Shown: positions 1 to 10,286, numbered from the stretch's first letter. The stretch is 64,000 nt of DNA from Longimicrobiales bacterium (GCA_965219445.1 CBDCNQ010000005.1:96001-160000); one strand, 5' to 3'. Program-made: numbers and translations. Notes: generated by a model not told the origin, from the letters alone.

Positions 1-10
1 CGGAGATGGG

Positions 11-1060
11 ATGGTGAAATCCACCCGTTTAGCTTTGGCCGGCGCGCTCCTCTTCTCTGTGTCGGCCTGCGGATTATCCGAGATGATTGGGCGTGAGTCT
101 CGGTCCAGTCGGGTTCAGAGACTTCTCAGCTCACTCGCCGCGGATTCGATGACGGGAAGGGCCATGGGAACCCTCGGGTCGGCGATGGCCGCCCGAGTGA
201 TCGCCGCGGAACTCGATGACGCGGGAGTGACTCCGGCGGGGACGTCAGGGTACGTCCAGGAAATCGCCGCCGCGCGCGTGAGGCTGCCCGACGGTAGTGG
301 GTCTCGTGTCGTCATGGCGGAGGCCGCGGAAGGCCTCCCCGATTCAGCGACGGAGCTCATCTCAGACCGCAATCTCGTTGGGATCGTCCGTGGCTCGGAT
401 CCTACCGTGGCCGACGAGGTGATCGTCGTCGGCGCCCACTTCGATCATATTGGTGTGGGACGTTCGGTGAACGGGGATTCCATTTACAACGGCGCCGATG
501 ACGATGCGTCCGGCGTGGTGGCCGTTTTGGAGGTGGCGCGCGACCTCGCCTCAGGAACGCCCCCCAGGAGATCCGTGGTCTTTGCTCTGTTTACCGGTGA
601 GGAGGAAGGCGGGCTGGGAAGCCGATGGTATCTGGACAACCCGGCGGTGCCTCTCGATCAGACCGTCGCTCAGCTCCAGGTCGAGATGATCGGGCGTCCG
701 GATAGTCTGGCCGGTGGTCCCGGCATGTTGTGGGCTACCGGTTACGAGCGCTCCACGGTCGGAGCGATTCTCTCCTCCGTAGGGGTCCCAGTTGTGGCAG
801 ATCCGTATCCGGACCAGAACTTTTTCTTCCGGAGCGACAACGTGCGGTTCGCATACCGGGGGATTCCGGCGCACACACTGTCTTCATACAACTTGCACAC
901 GGACTACCATCGCCCCTCTGACGAAGTCGGGGGCGTGGATTTCGAGCATCTGGTGGCGGCTGTCGAAACGGTGATCATGGCAGTCCGGGCCCTGGCCGAA
1001 GCGCCCAGTTCGCCCGCCTGGAATGAAGGAGGGCGGCCGGAGCAGCGACCCGGTGCGTGA
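11..1060 (+). CDS. M28 family Zn-dependent peptidase, probable lipoprotein
   Basis: Motifs GAHFDH, NGADDDASG, GEEEG and YHRPSD. The N-terminal hydrophobic stretch ends in lipobox-like SVSAC. Confidence 0.9.
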   Translation: MVKSTRLALAGALLFSVSACGLSEMIGRESRSSRVQRLLSSLAADSMTGRAMGTLGSAMAARVIAAELDDAGVTPAGTSGYVQEIAAARVRLPDGSGSRVVMAEAAEGLPDSATELISDRNLVGIVRGSDPTVADEVIVVGAHFDHIGVGRSVNGDSIYNGADDDASGVVAVLEVARDLASGTPPRRSVVFALFTGEEEGGLGSRWYLDNPAVPLDQTVAQLQVEMIGRPDSLAGGPGMLWATGYERSTVGAILSSVGVPVVADPYPDQNFFFRSDNVRFAYRGIPAHTLSSYNLHTDYHRPSDEVGGVDFEHLVAAVETVIMAVRALAEAPSSPAWNEGGRPEQRPGA

Positions 1061-1072
1061 GGAGGCCTCGCC

Positions 1073-2821
1073 TTGAAGCGTCGCACCTTCATACGAACCG
1101 GTAGCCTGATCGGGGCGACCGGAGCGGCCGGAGCGCTAGGGCTCGGATTCGCCCGGGAGCGAGCGGGTCGGGGCGTCGCCCCCGGCACCGGATCTGGCAC
1201 GGATTCGCGGATGGGCTCCGGCGCCGAGCCGGACCTCGTGCTCCGCCGCGCCACGGTGTTCGACGGCTTGGGTGCGCCGGGGCTGGAGATGGACGTTGCC
1301 GTCACTGGTGATCGTATCACCGAAGTGGGAAGGATCACGGCGACCGGGTCCGAGGAGATCGACCTGGCGGGAATGGCCCTATCACCTGGGTTCATCGATA
1401 TCCACTCCCATGCCGATCTCTCGCTGCTGGTCAACCCGAACGCGGAGAGCCGCGTCCGCCAAGGGGTCACGTTGGAGATCGTGGGCCAGGACGGAAACTC
1501 GGTCGGTCCGATGTCCGACGCGGGGTTCCGAGGCACACGCGATCGATACCGGGACTCGTACGGAGTCGACATCGACTTCCGGGATCTAGGCGGGTTCCTG
1601 GATCAGCTGGACCGCTCTCCCGCGACCGTGAACCTGGCCACGATGATCGGCCATGGAACCATCCGTGGACTGGTGGTCGGGGGCGCGGATCGACCCGCAA
1701 CGGAAGATGAGATTCGGCGCATGCGCGCGCTGATAGGGGATGCCCTCGATCAGGGAGCGGTGGGACTTACGTCGGGTCTCGAATACACCCCCGGGTCCTT
1801 TGCCGATGTAAGCGAACTCGTCGAGCTCGCCACGGAGCTCCGGGGTACCGGCTATCCCTATGCCTCTCACATGCGAAACGAGGACGACGGCGTTTTCGCG
1901 GCGGTGGAAGAGACCCTCCACGTTGGCCGGATGGCGGGCGTACCCGTTCAGGTATCGCACCTCAAGGCCCAGGGCGAGCGAAATTGGTGGAAGGCGAAAG
2001 CTATTCTTCGGTCCCTTGAGGACGCTCGCGCCGCTGGCCTCGATGTACACTTCGATCGATACCCCTACGTCGCCTACGCCACTGGTCTGTCCAATCTCTT
2101 CCCCGCCTGGGCGCGGGCGGGAGGGAGCGGTGCGTTTATCCGCCGTCTGGAAGATCCTGACCAACTTCCGGCGATCGAACGCCTCGCCAGGGCGAAAGTG
2201 GCCCTCTTGGGCTCATGGGATGCGGTACAGATCAGCTCCACACGGACGGCCCGCAATGCGTACGCGAGGGGCCGCCGTCTGGGGGAGTTGGCCCAGGAGA
2301 GGGGTGAGGATCCATTCTCGCTCACCGTCCGGTTGCTCATTGAGGAGCGGAATAGCGTGGGGATGATCGGATTCGGGATGTCGGAAGAGAACACGGCTGA
2401 GATCCTGGCTCATCCGCTTGGGATGGTATGCTCCGATGGTGGTTCCTATGCTCCGTATGGGGCCCTCTCGGGGGGCTCTCCCCACCCGCGCGGTTACGGG
2501 ACATTTCCACGTCTGATGGGGCACTACGTGCGATCCGGAGCACTGTCCTTGGAGCTTGCCGTGCACAAGGCGACGGCCATGCCGGCGCGGAAGATCGGCC
2601 TGACCGACCGGGGGGTGATCGAGCCCGGAGCGTTTGCCGATCTCGTGGCGTTCGACCCCGCCACCGTGGCCGATCAGGCCACCTTCGAGGATCCCCATCA
2701 ATATCCGGTTGGCATCCCCCTCGTCGTGGTGAACGGCCAGGTGACCTTGAGAGACGGTGAGCAGACCGGCGCGCGAGCCGGACGCGCCATACGGGGCCGG
2801 GGTCGGGGAGCCGCCGGGTAG
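1073..2821 (+). CDS. N-acyl-D-amino-acid deacylase (D-aminoacylase) family amidohydrolase with Tat signal
   Basis: KRRTFI twin-arginine motif. Family motifs PGFIDIHSHAD, SHMRNE, SHLKA, CSDG, HPRGYGTFPR, G.FADLVAFDP. RBS GGAGG precedes the TTG start. Confidence 0.9.
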   Translation: MKRRTFIRTGSLIGATGAAGALGLGFARERAGRGVAPGTGSGTDSRMGSGAEPDLVLRRATVFDGLGAPGLEMDVAVTGDRITEVGRITATGSEEIDLAGMALSPGFIDIHSHADLSLLVNPNAESRVRQGVTLEIVGQDGNSVGPMSDAGFRGTRDRYRDSYGVDIDFRDLGGFLDQLDRSPATVNLATMIGHGTIRGLVVGGADRPATEDEIRRMRALIGDALDQGAVGLTSGLEYTPGSFADVSELVELATELRGTGYPYASHMRNEDDGVFAAVEETLHVGRMAGVPVQVSHLKAQGERNWWKAKAILRSLEDARAAGLDVHFDRYPYVAYATGLSNLFPAWARAGGSGAFIRRLEDPDQLPAIERLARAKVALLGSWDAVQISSTRTARNAYARGRRLGELAQERGEDPFSLTVRLLIEERNSVGMIGFGMSEENTAEILAHPLGMVCSDGGSYAPYGALSGGSPHPRGYGTFPRLMGHYVRSGALSLELAVHKATAMPARKIGLTDRGVIEPGAFADLVAFDPATVADQATFEDPHQYPVGIPLVVVNGQVTLRDGEQTGARAGRAIRGRGRGAAG

Positions 2822-2831
2822 GCCGAAGATC

Positions 2832-3974
2832 GTGTCCGACGCCTTTACCAGCCTGGCACACGCCCTGGGCATGGTCTTTCAAGAGAGCCCCGGCGAGCCC
2901 TGGTCGGACGATGTGTTCGAGTCGTGGGCACGAAGGGTTTTCGCCTACCAGTTCGAGACCAATCCCGTGTACGCTGCATATGTCCGCAAGCGGGGCGTTA
3001 CGCCGTCCACAGTGGCCCACTGGAGCGAGGTTCCATGGGTTCCCGCCTCGGCATTCAAGGCGGTTCCGTTGGTTTCGGGAGATTCCTCACGGGTACAGCG
3101 CGTGTTCCGGACGAGTGGAACGATGGGCCCCGGGCAAGGAGAGCACCACGTCCTCGACCTCGATTTGTACAAGCACTCTCTGGTTCCGAACATGAGACAC
3201 CACCTGTATGCAGATGGGACAGTTGGCGACGCTGCAACTGGCGACGGTGCAGCGATTCCCCTCTTGGCCCTCGCACCCGCTCCTGCTCACGCGCCCGAGT
3301 CTTCGTTGGGCTACATGTTGGGTGTCGCGCTCGACGTGCTCTCCGGGGGGGAGGGCGGTTTCTTCGTCACTCGGGACGGCGTGATCGACACTGCGGGGCT
3401 GAGTGCAGCGTTGGTGGGGGCCACCGCCCGAGGGGCTCCGATCCTTCTCGCGGGGACGGCCTTCGCATTCGTCCACTGGCTCGACTGGTTGAAGGAGCAC
3501 CGCGGCGGATTCAACTTGCCTCCGGGTTCGCTGATCATGGAAACTGGGGGCTTCAAGGGTCGTTCTCGAGTCTTGGAGCGCTCGGAGTTCTACTCGGCCC
3601 TGTCGGAGGGCCACGGTATCCCCTTCGAGGCGATTGTGAACGAATATGGCATGACCGAGCTGTTGTCGCAGTTTTACGATAGCCCGCCCGCGGCGACGTC
3701 TGGCATGGTCCTGGCGGCTCGCCGGCACGTGCCGCCTCCGTGGGTTCGCACGCGCGTGCTCGATCCGAACACGCTCTCGGCACTTCCGATGGGGGAGCCG
3801 GGCTTGCTCTGCCACTACGATCTGGCCAACGCGGGGTCGGTGATGGCGGTTCTCACGGAGGATCTGGGCGTCGCAGTGGACGATGGTTTCCGTGTGCTCG
3901 GCAGGGTCCAGGGTGCGGAGGCCCGTGGCTGCTCCATCGCGATGGACGACCTTCTGTCGGGCGTGCGGGTGTGA
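2832..3974 (+). CDS. LuxE-like acyl-protein synthetase
   Basis: Motifs FRTSGT, ETGGFKG, NEYGMTELLSQFY, DLAN, TEDLG and C-terminal ARGCS (acylation Cys). The GTG start at 2832 is inferred; the ORF opens at 2757. Confidence 0.85.
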   Translation: MSDAFTSLAHALGMVFQESPGEPWSDDVFESWARRVFAYQFETNPVYAAYVRKRGVTPSTVAHWSEVPWVPASAFKAVPLVSGDSSRVQRVFRTSGTMGPGQGEHHVLDLDLYKHSLVPNMRHHLYADGTVGDAATGDGAAIPLLALAPAPAHAPESSLGYMLGVALDVLSGGEGGFFVTRDGVIDTAGLSAALVGATARGAPILLAGTAFAFVHWLDWLKEHRGGFNLPPGSLIMETGGFKGRSRVLERSEFYSALSEGHGIPFEAIVNEYGMTELLSQFYDSPPAATSGMVLAARRHVPPPWVRTRVLDPNTLSALPMGEPGLLCHYDLANAGSVMAVLTEDLGVAVDDGFRVLGRVQGAEARGCSIAMDDLLSGVRV

Positions 3975-5395
3975 GGACGACCTTCGACGCCTGGTGGCTT
4001 CCTCCTTCTTCGAGTGAGTCACCGACGGCCCCTCCAGCGCTCACCTCGGAGACCATCGACCTCTCTGAGAGCGTCACGGCTCGCTATCCGGTTTGGTCCC
4101 CCGATGCTGCAGCGCGGCTCCTCGATACCTTGAGCGACGTGGGTACGCGACTCTCCGATGTGCCGGTTCAAGACCTGGTGACCTGGGTCGGACGGGTGGC
4201 GGACCGGTTCTTGGACTCCTCCGATCCCATTCGCAGCAGAGCGCTCGACTTGCTTGTCCCCACCGCGGGCATTTCGAAGGAGATGGCCTCCGAGGTGCTG
4301 ACCGGTATGGCCCGCGACTGGACCCAGGAACGGCTTACTGAGCTCTTGGAAAGAGAGTTGCGCGACCCCGGCGTGCTGGATGGATTCCGCCGGTTGGACG
4401 GGGACCGGAGGGTCCACGCGAGTGGCCCGCCTCTCACTTTTCATATCGGTGCGGGAACCGTCCCCGGGGTCAGCGTCACCTCGATGGTTCGTGCTCTCCT
4501 CGTGAAATCGGCAGTCCTCCTCAAGCCCGGGTTGAGCGATGTAGTCCTGCCCGTGCTCTTTGCTGAGGCGCTCGCCGAAGAGGCTCCCGAGCTGTCGGAC
4601 GCGATGGCCGTGACATATTGGCCGGGCGGGGCCTCCCCCCTAGAGGATCTCGCGCTTCAGAGGGCAGAGGCGGTGGTGGCGTATGGTGGCGACGAGACCA
4701 TCAAGTCACTCAGGGTACGAACGCCCGTGACGGCACGCTTCATCGCATATCACCACCGTTTGAGCGTCGGCCTGGTGGGGCGTGAGGCCCTCACGTCCGA
4801 GCGCGCGCCTCGCGTCGCCCGAATGGTCGCGCGCGCGGTGTCGATGTTCGATCAGAGGGGTTGTGTCTCTCCGCATGCGATCTATGTGGAGGAGGGGGGA
4901 GCCGTCGATCCTGCGAGGTGGGCCGCCCTGCTGGCTTCAGCTATGGCCGACCTCGAAGTGGAGTTGCCGGGCGGATATCTCACCGCTTCAGAGGCCTCGG
5001 CCGTCCACCAAGCGAGAGGCTCCGCTGAACTCCGCGAAGCCGCTGGGAGGGGCGTCCGCGTCTTCCGGGGAGACGAGAGTTTTTGGACGGTGATTCTCGA
5101 GGACGAAGTGGGCTTCACGCCCTCCTGCCTGAACCGGGTGGTGTCCGTCTTCCCCACGCCCGACCTTTGTGGTGTCACGGGTTCCTTGGGAGTGATCAGG
5201 CGCCATTTACAGACAGTGGCGGTCGAGGGGGCGGAGGATCGCCTAACGACGTTGGCGGAGGCACTTTTTCGGGCTGGCGCCACGCGGGTTACGTCGTTCG
5301 AAAAGGCGCCCTGGCCACCGCCCTGGCGGCGCCACGATGGCGCTTCAGTCTTCGCGGGATTGCTGCGCTGGATCGATCTGGAGGAAATCGGCTAA
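3971..5395 (+). CDS. LuxC-like acyl-CoA reductase
   Basis: Aldehyde-dehydrogenase-like fold motifs HIGAGTVP, ALLVKSAVLLKP, AYGGDETI, FDQRGCVSP (catalytic Cys) and C-terminal HDG. The GTG start overlaps the luxE stop (GTGA). Confidence 0.85.
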   Translation: MRTTFDAWWLPPSSSESPTAPPALTSETIDLSESVTARYPVWSPDAAARLLDTLSDVGTRLSDVPVQDLVTWVGRVADRFLDSSDPIRSRALDLLVPTAGISKEMASEVLTGMARDWTQERLTELLERELRDPGVLDGFRRLDGDRRVHASGPPLTFHIGAGTVPGVSVTSMVRALLVKSAVLLKPGLSDVVLPVLFAEALAEEAPELSDAMAVTYWPGGASPLEDLALQRAEAVVAYGGDETIKSLRVRTPVTARFIAYHHRLSVGLVGREALTSERAPRVARMVARAVSMFDQRGCVSPHAIYVEEGGAVDPARWAALLASAMADLEVELPGGYLTASEASAVHQARGSAELREAAGRGVRVFRGDESFWTVILEDEVGFTPSCLNRVVSVFPTPDLCGVTGSLGVIRRHLQTVAVEGAEDRLTTLAEALFRAGATRVTSFEKAPWPPPWRRHDGASVFAGLLRWIDLEEIG

Positions 5396-5397
5396 CG

Positions 5398-5589
5398 TTA
5401 TTCGACCTCCTGCTCTTCTGCACGCCAGATCACCATCTGCCGGCGGCCGTCGGAGGTCTCTTCGACACGCACGGTGAGAGAGTCCTTGGCATTGAGTCGC
5501 AAGTCGTCTCGCAACCCCTGTGGGATCGTGATCCGCCCACCCACACCGATGGACACATCCGTATAGTAGAGCGTGCGATAGATGGCCAT
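5398..5589 (-). CDS. AbrB/MazE/SpoVT family DNA-binding protein
   Basis: SIGVGGRITIPQGLRDDLRL...DSLTV pattern. GGAGG lies upstream of the ATG at 5589. Confidence 0.75.
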   Translation of the reverse strand: MAIYRTLYYTDVSIGVGGRITIPQGLRDDLRLNAKDSLTVRVEETSDGRRQMVIWRAEEQEVE

Positions 5590-5685
5590 CTGCCCTCCTG
5601 GAATTTGCACGATAGGAGGCGGAATCTACAGCGATTACCAAGGGCGGCAACCGGGTTGGCTCGATCAGTTCGAGGAGTGGTCCGA

Positions 5686-5991
5686 TCACTCCGGATCGGG
5701 GAGAACTGAGCGGAGGAGGCCCTGAAGCTGGAAGTCCTCGAAGGCCCGAGCCTTGCTCACAACCTCCTCATAGGAGGCTTCGATCAGGATGGTGGTCGTG
5801 CGCCAGGTCGACCCCACTCCGGTGCTGGCCGCCGGGGAGAAACAGAGACGGCCCCGGTAAGTGGTGGGTAGTTGGGGGTCGTCTTGAAACTCGAGGTAGA
5901 CCTCCCAGAAGCGGCCGTCGTGGCTAATGGTCGCGAGGTGCTCGCCGTTTGGAAGAGGCGCGGTGTTGGAGGACTCGTTCGCTGCATTCAT
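5686..5991 (-). CDS. Hypothetical protein (101 aa)
   Basis: ATG start, protein-like composition, and it fills the gap downstream of the transglutaminase gene on the same strand. Confidence 0.65.
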   Translation of the reverse strand: MNAANESSNTAPLPNGEHLATISHDGRFWEVYLEFQDDPQLPTTYRGRLCFSPAASTGVGSTWRTTTILIEASYEEVVSKARAFEDFQLQGLLRSVLPDPE

Positions 5992-6026
5992 CGTGGCAAC
6001 ACATTAGCATCGCCTCTTTGCTCTCG

Positions 6027-8078
6027 CTACAAGTGGCGCTTCGGCGTATCCGTCGGCGCGCGCGTCCGTCGTAAAGCCCGCCGTACGTCGGCGAGGTCGC
6101 TCTTCATCTTCTGTCGTTCCAGAATGTCCAACTCCTGTCCGCCAAATCGGGCCCGGAGATAGGTGTAAACCACCGCTCGCGCCCGTGAATGGGACGGATG
6201 CCTGGCTCTGGTGAGTTCGTCGAGTAGCAGCAGCGGGGCGACTCCTTGGTCCGCCCTGAAGCCGGCGCGGCGGCAACTTTCGCGGAACTGGAGGTAGAGC
6301 TCCACCTCGGGTGAATACCGGCGGGACCTTCTGAGCAGGACGAACCCACTCAGGGTCATCACCATTACGATGAGGATCATCCATCGGATGTCCACGCTCG
6401 TGGCGGGTACCCGATCGGGAGAAACTTGGCTATTGGAGGTCGGCCCTCTGAGCAGCTCGGAGATGCGTTGGTACAGTCCGGATTGCGACTCCAGGTTGTA
6501 GTCGAGCACCCATTTATTCCATCGGTGCTGGAGTCCGTCGAACAGGAAGCGGCCCGGCCATAGCCAGGAGGTGACGGCCGCGGACGTTCCGGACCCTCCG
6601 GGGGTGGGGTCGAACTCGATCCACCCGTAACCCGGGAACCAAACCTCCACCCACGTGTGGGCCTCGTTTTGCGTAACGGCGAGGTACTGCCCGAAGTCGT
6701 TCCACTGTCCACCGAGGAAGCCGTTCACTTCTCGCGCGTGGAGACCCAGGCTCCGAAGAAGGACCACCATGGCCGTCGAGAAGTACTCGCAGTGCCCCTC
6801 CCCACGCTCGAAGAGGAAGTAGTCCAGGGTCGCCTCCCGGGCCGAGCGCGGGAGTTCGAGTGTGTAGTCGAACTCCGTATGAAAGAAGTCGTTGATCGCC
6901 CTCACCCTGTCGTAATCGTTATCCAGCCCCCGTGTGAGCGAGTCCGCGAGTTCGCTCACTCGCTGGGGAAGTTCGGGTAGCTGCGTGTAATGCTCCCGGG
7001 CAGGTGCAAAGCCGGAACGTGCTCCCCGCAATGCCGTGGGCGTGGGGCGGTCCGCCACGGACAAGGCCTCGTACGAAGGGCTACCGGAGCCCCAGTAGAT
7101 GTGGTCCCCCGCATTATCGAGTAGTGGTTGGATTCGTGGGTTGTCCGAGCGCGCCTCCAACAGCGGGTGGAGCGCGAAGAGCACATCCACGTCCAGCGGG
7201 GCACCGTAGATCTGCTGCCGCACTCTTCCCCTTCCCCAGGCCTCGTACCATCGTGCCGGGCCGATGGATGGCGGCAGTGCGTTCGATCGACTCCAGCGCA
7301 CTCCGTCGAAGCGGTCGTAAGAGCGGCCCCGCCAGTGAAGGGTGAGGAGGTCCTCGGGGACTCCGTCCGGGAACTCCACGCGGAGCACGATCTCTGGGTT
7401 CGGATAGATTCTGGAACCGTGCTCTCCGATCGAAACCTGATCGCTGAAGCCCGCGATGGACGTGGCGAGGACCTCTCCGCGAGAGGCCCATCCCCTCGAC
7501 AATCTTGGGAAGGTGATGAAGACCGCTCCGCTCATGATCAGCGTGACACCGGAGAGCCCCGCCATGCCGGCTAGGAATCTCCAGCCCACCAAGTTCTCTC
7601 GGACGCCATGGTGCTCGGCCTTCCGTCGGAGATGACCGACGACAAGCGCGACGGTAGCCAACACCACGTAGGCCACAAAGGCTAGGGCGAAGAGAACGCC
7701 GGGCCGGTAGACGGTTGAAGCGACGAGTAGTGCGGCGGTAAGGGAGTACAGACGGGCATCGTTCGGGGCGTCGAGCGACCTGAGCGCTTCGGCACACAAG
7801 AGTAGAAGCAGCAGGTCCACGACCGGGATCACGACGTCGTCCCCGACCAGGAAGACGTGATACAAGGACCGCAACACGAGGACTGCTGCGACCGGCAGCC
7901 AGACGCGCTCGAGCCGCAAGGAGACTGTGGAATTGGGTTGCCAGAAGAGCGCGAGAGTCAGGGCGAGGGCCGCCAGGATCATGCTGATCGGCTCGAAACC
8001 GGCACCTCCGGCGAACGCGGCGAGGGCAACGAGACCCATGCCCACGACCAGTCGTCGGTGCAGGAGCTCGAGGCTCAC
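6027..8078 (-). CDS. TgpA-like membrane transglutaminase (DUF3488 + transglutaminase domain)
   Basis: Multi-TM N-terminus. Catalytic triad motifs GHCEYF, AHTWVEV and FDPTP. The GTG start overlaps the DUF58 stop. Confidence 0.9.
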   Translation of the reverse strand: MSLELLHRRLVVGMGLVALAAFAGGAGFEPISMILAALALTLALFWQPNSTVSLRLERVWLPVAAVLVLRSLYHVFLVGDDVVIPVVDLLLLLLCAEALRSLDAPNDARLYSLTAALLVASTVYRPGVLFALAFVAYVVLATVALVVGHLRRKAEHHGVRENLVGWRFLAGMAGLSGVTLIMSGAVFITFPRLSRGWASRGEVLATSIAGFSDQVSIGEHGSRIYPNPEIVLRVEFPDGVPEDLLTLHWRGRSYDRFDGVRWSRSNALPPSIGPARWYEAWGRGRVRQQIYGAPLDVDVLFALHPLLEARSDNPRIQPLLDNAGDHIYWGSGSPSYEALSVADRPTPTALRGARSGFAPAREHYTQLPELPQRVSELADSLTRGLDNDYDRVRAINDFFHTEFDYTLELPRSAREATLDYFLFERGEGHCEYFSTAMVVLLRSLGLHAREVNGFLGGQWNDFGQYLAVTQNEAHTWVEVWFPGYGWIEFDPTPGGSGTSAAVTSWLWPGRFLFDGLQHRWNKWVLDYNLESQSGLYQRISELLRGPTSNSQVSPDRVPATSVDIRWMILIVMVMTLSGFVLLRRSRRYSPEVELYLQFRESCRRAGFRADQGVAPLLLLDELTRARHPSHSRARAVVYTYLRARFGGQELDILERQKMKSDLADVRRALRRTRAPTDTPKRHL

Positions 8079-9178
8079 CCTGCCCTCCAATCCGCTTCAT
8101 TCACTCCAGCGTGTGAGTGCGGAGTTTCCCGCAAGCTACCCGCAGGATCGATGTAGGCCCCGTACGATCCTCTTCGTGCACCCGAGGGGGACACGAGGAT
8201 GCAACCCATCGGGTCGATCGGGGGTGCCAAACGCGGAGCGGATGGATCGAAATCCACCCTCGCGAGGAGGTCGAGCACCCGCTCGAGTTGACCGGAGCCA
8301 CCCCCGGGAGCGAGGTCCGAGGTGCATGTAGTGATTCCGAACCGGCGTCCGACCCGGTACGCTTGGGCGGCCAGCGCGGCCGCGACCTCGATGGCCGCCT
8401 CGGCCGCATCTCCGGGCTCCTCTCGTGTGTCCAGACAAATCCGTACGGTGTCGGTGGTGTCCCGATCGTAGTCCCTCGACACGGGTGTCCCGATTTTGGC
8501 CGTGGTTCTCCAATGGACGTCCCTCGGATCGTCTCCGACACGGTACTCTCGCAGTCCCCGATACTCGCCGCGAGCGCCGGGAGCGCTCCCCGAGGAGTCG
8601 AAAAACTGCGGCCTGCCACGCCCCCCGGGAGGGGCTGGGAGGCGTACGGGTCGGTCGGTTCTCGGCCAGATGACCAGTTCGCCCAGCTGCGGGACGTCGC
8701 GCTCCTTCGTGAACAACCCGAAGGGGAAGGACGTCGAGAGGGTCAATGTCTCGAGCGGGTATACGCCGCGCTGGACAAAGTGATTCTCCGAGCCCACGGT
8801 CACGGAATCACCGGCTCCGACTCGACCGATGAAGGCGGCTTCTGCCAGCCCCTCTTCGATCAGGTAAACGGCGAGGGTCGGGAACAGACGCTTCTGATTC
8901 GTTACGTAGTACGTAAGCCGAATCGGCTTTCCCACCGTGACGCCGCGAGGGGTATGCCTGCGAATCTCCAGCTGGCGCAGGATGCGCTCGGAGAGCCAGC
9001 CCGACAAGGCGATGAAGCCAAGCATGGCTCCGAAGAGAAGATAGAGCAGGTTGTTGCCGGTGTTGACGGCCGCGAACCCGATAGCGAGCGATCCGATACT
9101 GAACAGGGCGCCGCCCATCGTAAAACGAATCCGGCGCCAGCCGCGGAGCCTCTTCCAGGCGTCTCGCAGAATGGACAC
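8075..9178 (-). CDS. DUF58 domain protein
   Basis: AVNTGNNLLY TM segment, FPFGLF, and EYRGLREYRVGDDPRDVHWRTTAK. Start inferred at the GTG just after the moxR stop. Confidence 0.9.
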   Translation of the reverse strand: MSILRDAWKRLRGWRRIRFTMGGALFSIGSLAIGFAAVNTGNNLLYLLFGAMLGFIALSGWLSERILRQLEIRRHTPRGVTVGKPIRLTYYVTNQKRLFPTLAVYLIEEGLAEAAFIGRVGAGDSVTVGSENHFVQRGVYPLETLTLSTSFPFGLFTKERDVPQLGELVIWPRTDRPVRLPAPPGGRGRPQFFDSSGSAPGARGEYRGLREYRVGDDPRDVHWRTTAKIGTPVSRDYDRDTTDTVRICLDTREEPGDAAEAAIEVAAALAAQAYRVGRRFGITTCTSDLAPGGGSGQLERVLDLLARVDFDPSAPRLAPPIDPMGCILVSPSGARRGSYGAYIDPAGSLRETPHSHAGVNEADWRAG

Positions 9179-9179
9179 C

Positions 9180-10154
9180 CTAGACGGGGACCGCGACGTC
9201 CTCGAGAATGTCCTGCACGATTGCACCAGCTTCTTCATGTGCTTCGTGGCTCGCAGCGCTCGCTCCTACAGGAAGGATTCGATGGGCCAGGCACGGCACG
9301 GCGAGCCTCTGGACATCGCTCGGCACCAGAAAATGCCGGCCGCTGAGAAGAGCGTAGGCTCTCGACGCGCCTAGCAGCCCAATGGCTCCGCGCGGGCTCA
9401 CGCCCATCTGTAGTCGCGGCTCGACACGGGTTCTCTGTACGATGGCCATCACGTAGCCGATGAGGGAATCGTCCGCCTCGACCCGCGACACTTCCCGCTG
9501 CAGGCCGAGAACCTGGGTCGGCTCGAGGACGGCCTTGATGCGCTGCTCCCACGGCTCCTCGTTCGTGGACTCCAAGAGAATCCGTCGCTCGGCTCCCTCG
9601 CCCGGGTATCCGATCGTCAATCGCATGAGAAAGCGGTCGACCTGGCTCTCGGGGAGGGAATACGTGCCGTGATGTTCCAGAGGATTCTGCGTCGCCATCA
9701 CCATGAAGGGCTGCGGCAGCTCGAACGTGTCGTCGTCCAGACTCACTTGCCCTTCCTGCATGGCTTGGAGGAGGCCGCTCTGGGTCCGCGGAGGCGCTCG
9801 ATTGATCTCGTCCGCCAGCACGAGATTGGTGAAGATGGGCCCGCGGCGGGTCTCGAATTCCGAAGTACGGGGGTTGAAGATCGATACCCCCAGGACATCG
9901 GACGGGAGGAGGTCGCTCGTGAATTGGATACGTCGGAACGAGAGTCCCAAAGCGGCCGCGAGGGCATGAGCAAGCGTGGTTTTCCCTACTCCAGGCACGT
10001 CCTCGAAGAGGATGTGCCCGCGCGCGAGCAGCGCGGCTACGGCAAGACGCACGACCTCCTCTTTACCGTGGAAAACCTCCTCGACCTCCGCGATCAGGCT
10101 CTCGAGTAAATGGAGTGTCGGTGGAGTCTCGGTGATGGCTGCGATATCGGTCAA
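9180..10154 (-). CDS. moxR: MoxR family AAA+ ATPase
   Basis: Walker A EDVPGVGKT, RIQFTSDLLPSD, Walker B LADEINRA, ATQNP, and LPESQVDRF. Confidence 0.95.
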   Translation of the reverse strand: MTDIAAITETPPTLHLLESLIAEVEEVFHGKEEVVRLAVAALLARGHILFEDVPGVGKTTLAHALAAALGLSFRRIQFTSDLLPSDVLGVSIFNPRTSEFETRRGPIFTNLVLADEINRAPPRTQSGLLQAMQEGQVSLDDDTFELPQPFMVMATQNPLEHHGTYSLPESQVDRFLMRLTIGYPGEGAERRILLESTNEEPWEQRIKAVLEPTQVLGLQREVSRVEADDSLIGYVMAIVQRTRVEPRLQMGVSPRGAIGLLGASRAYALLSGRHFLVPSDVQRLAVPCLAHRILPVGASAASHEAHEEAGAIVQDILEDVAVPV

Positions 10155-10286
10155 AGTCGCTCTCCATGCAACGTTCGGCAGGCTCGTCGAGGCCGGGGGA
10201 AATAAAACACGTGTGTGTAGAAAAGGTTCTTATATATACACTGTTTTTATAGACTGTAAGAGCGTTTTTTCAAGAGAGTGGCAGCG

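Noticed and set aside
2832..5395. Bioluminescence operon
   Set aside because: No luxA/luxB luciferase, luxD or luxG is present in the window.
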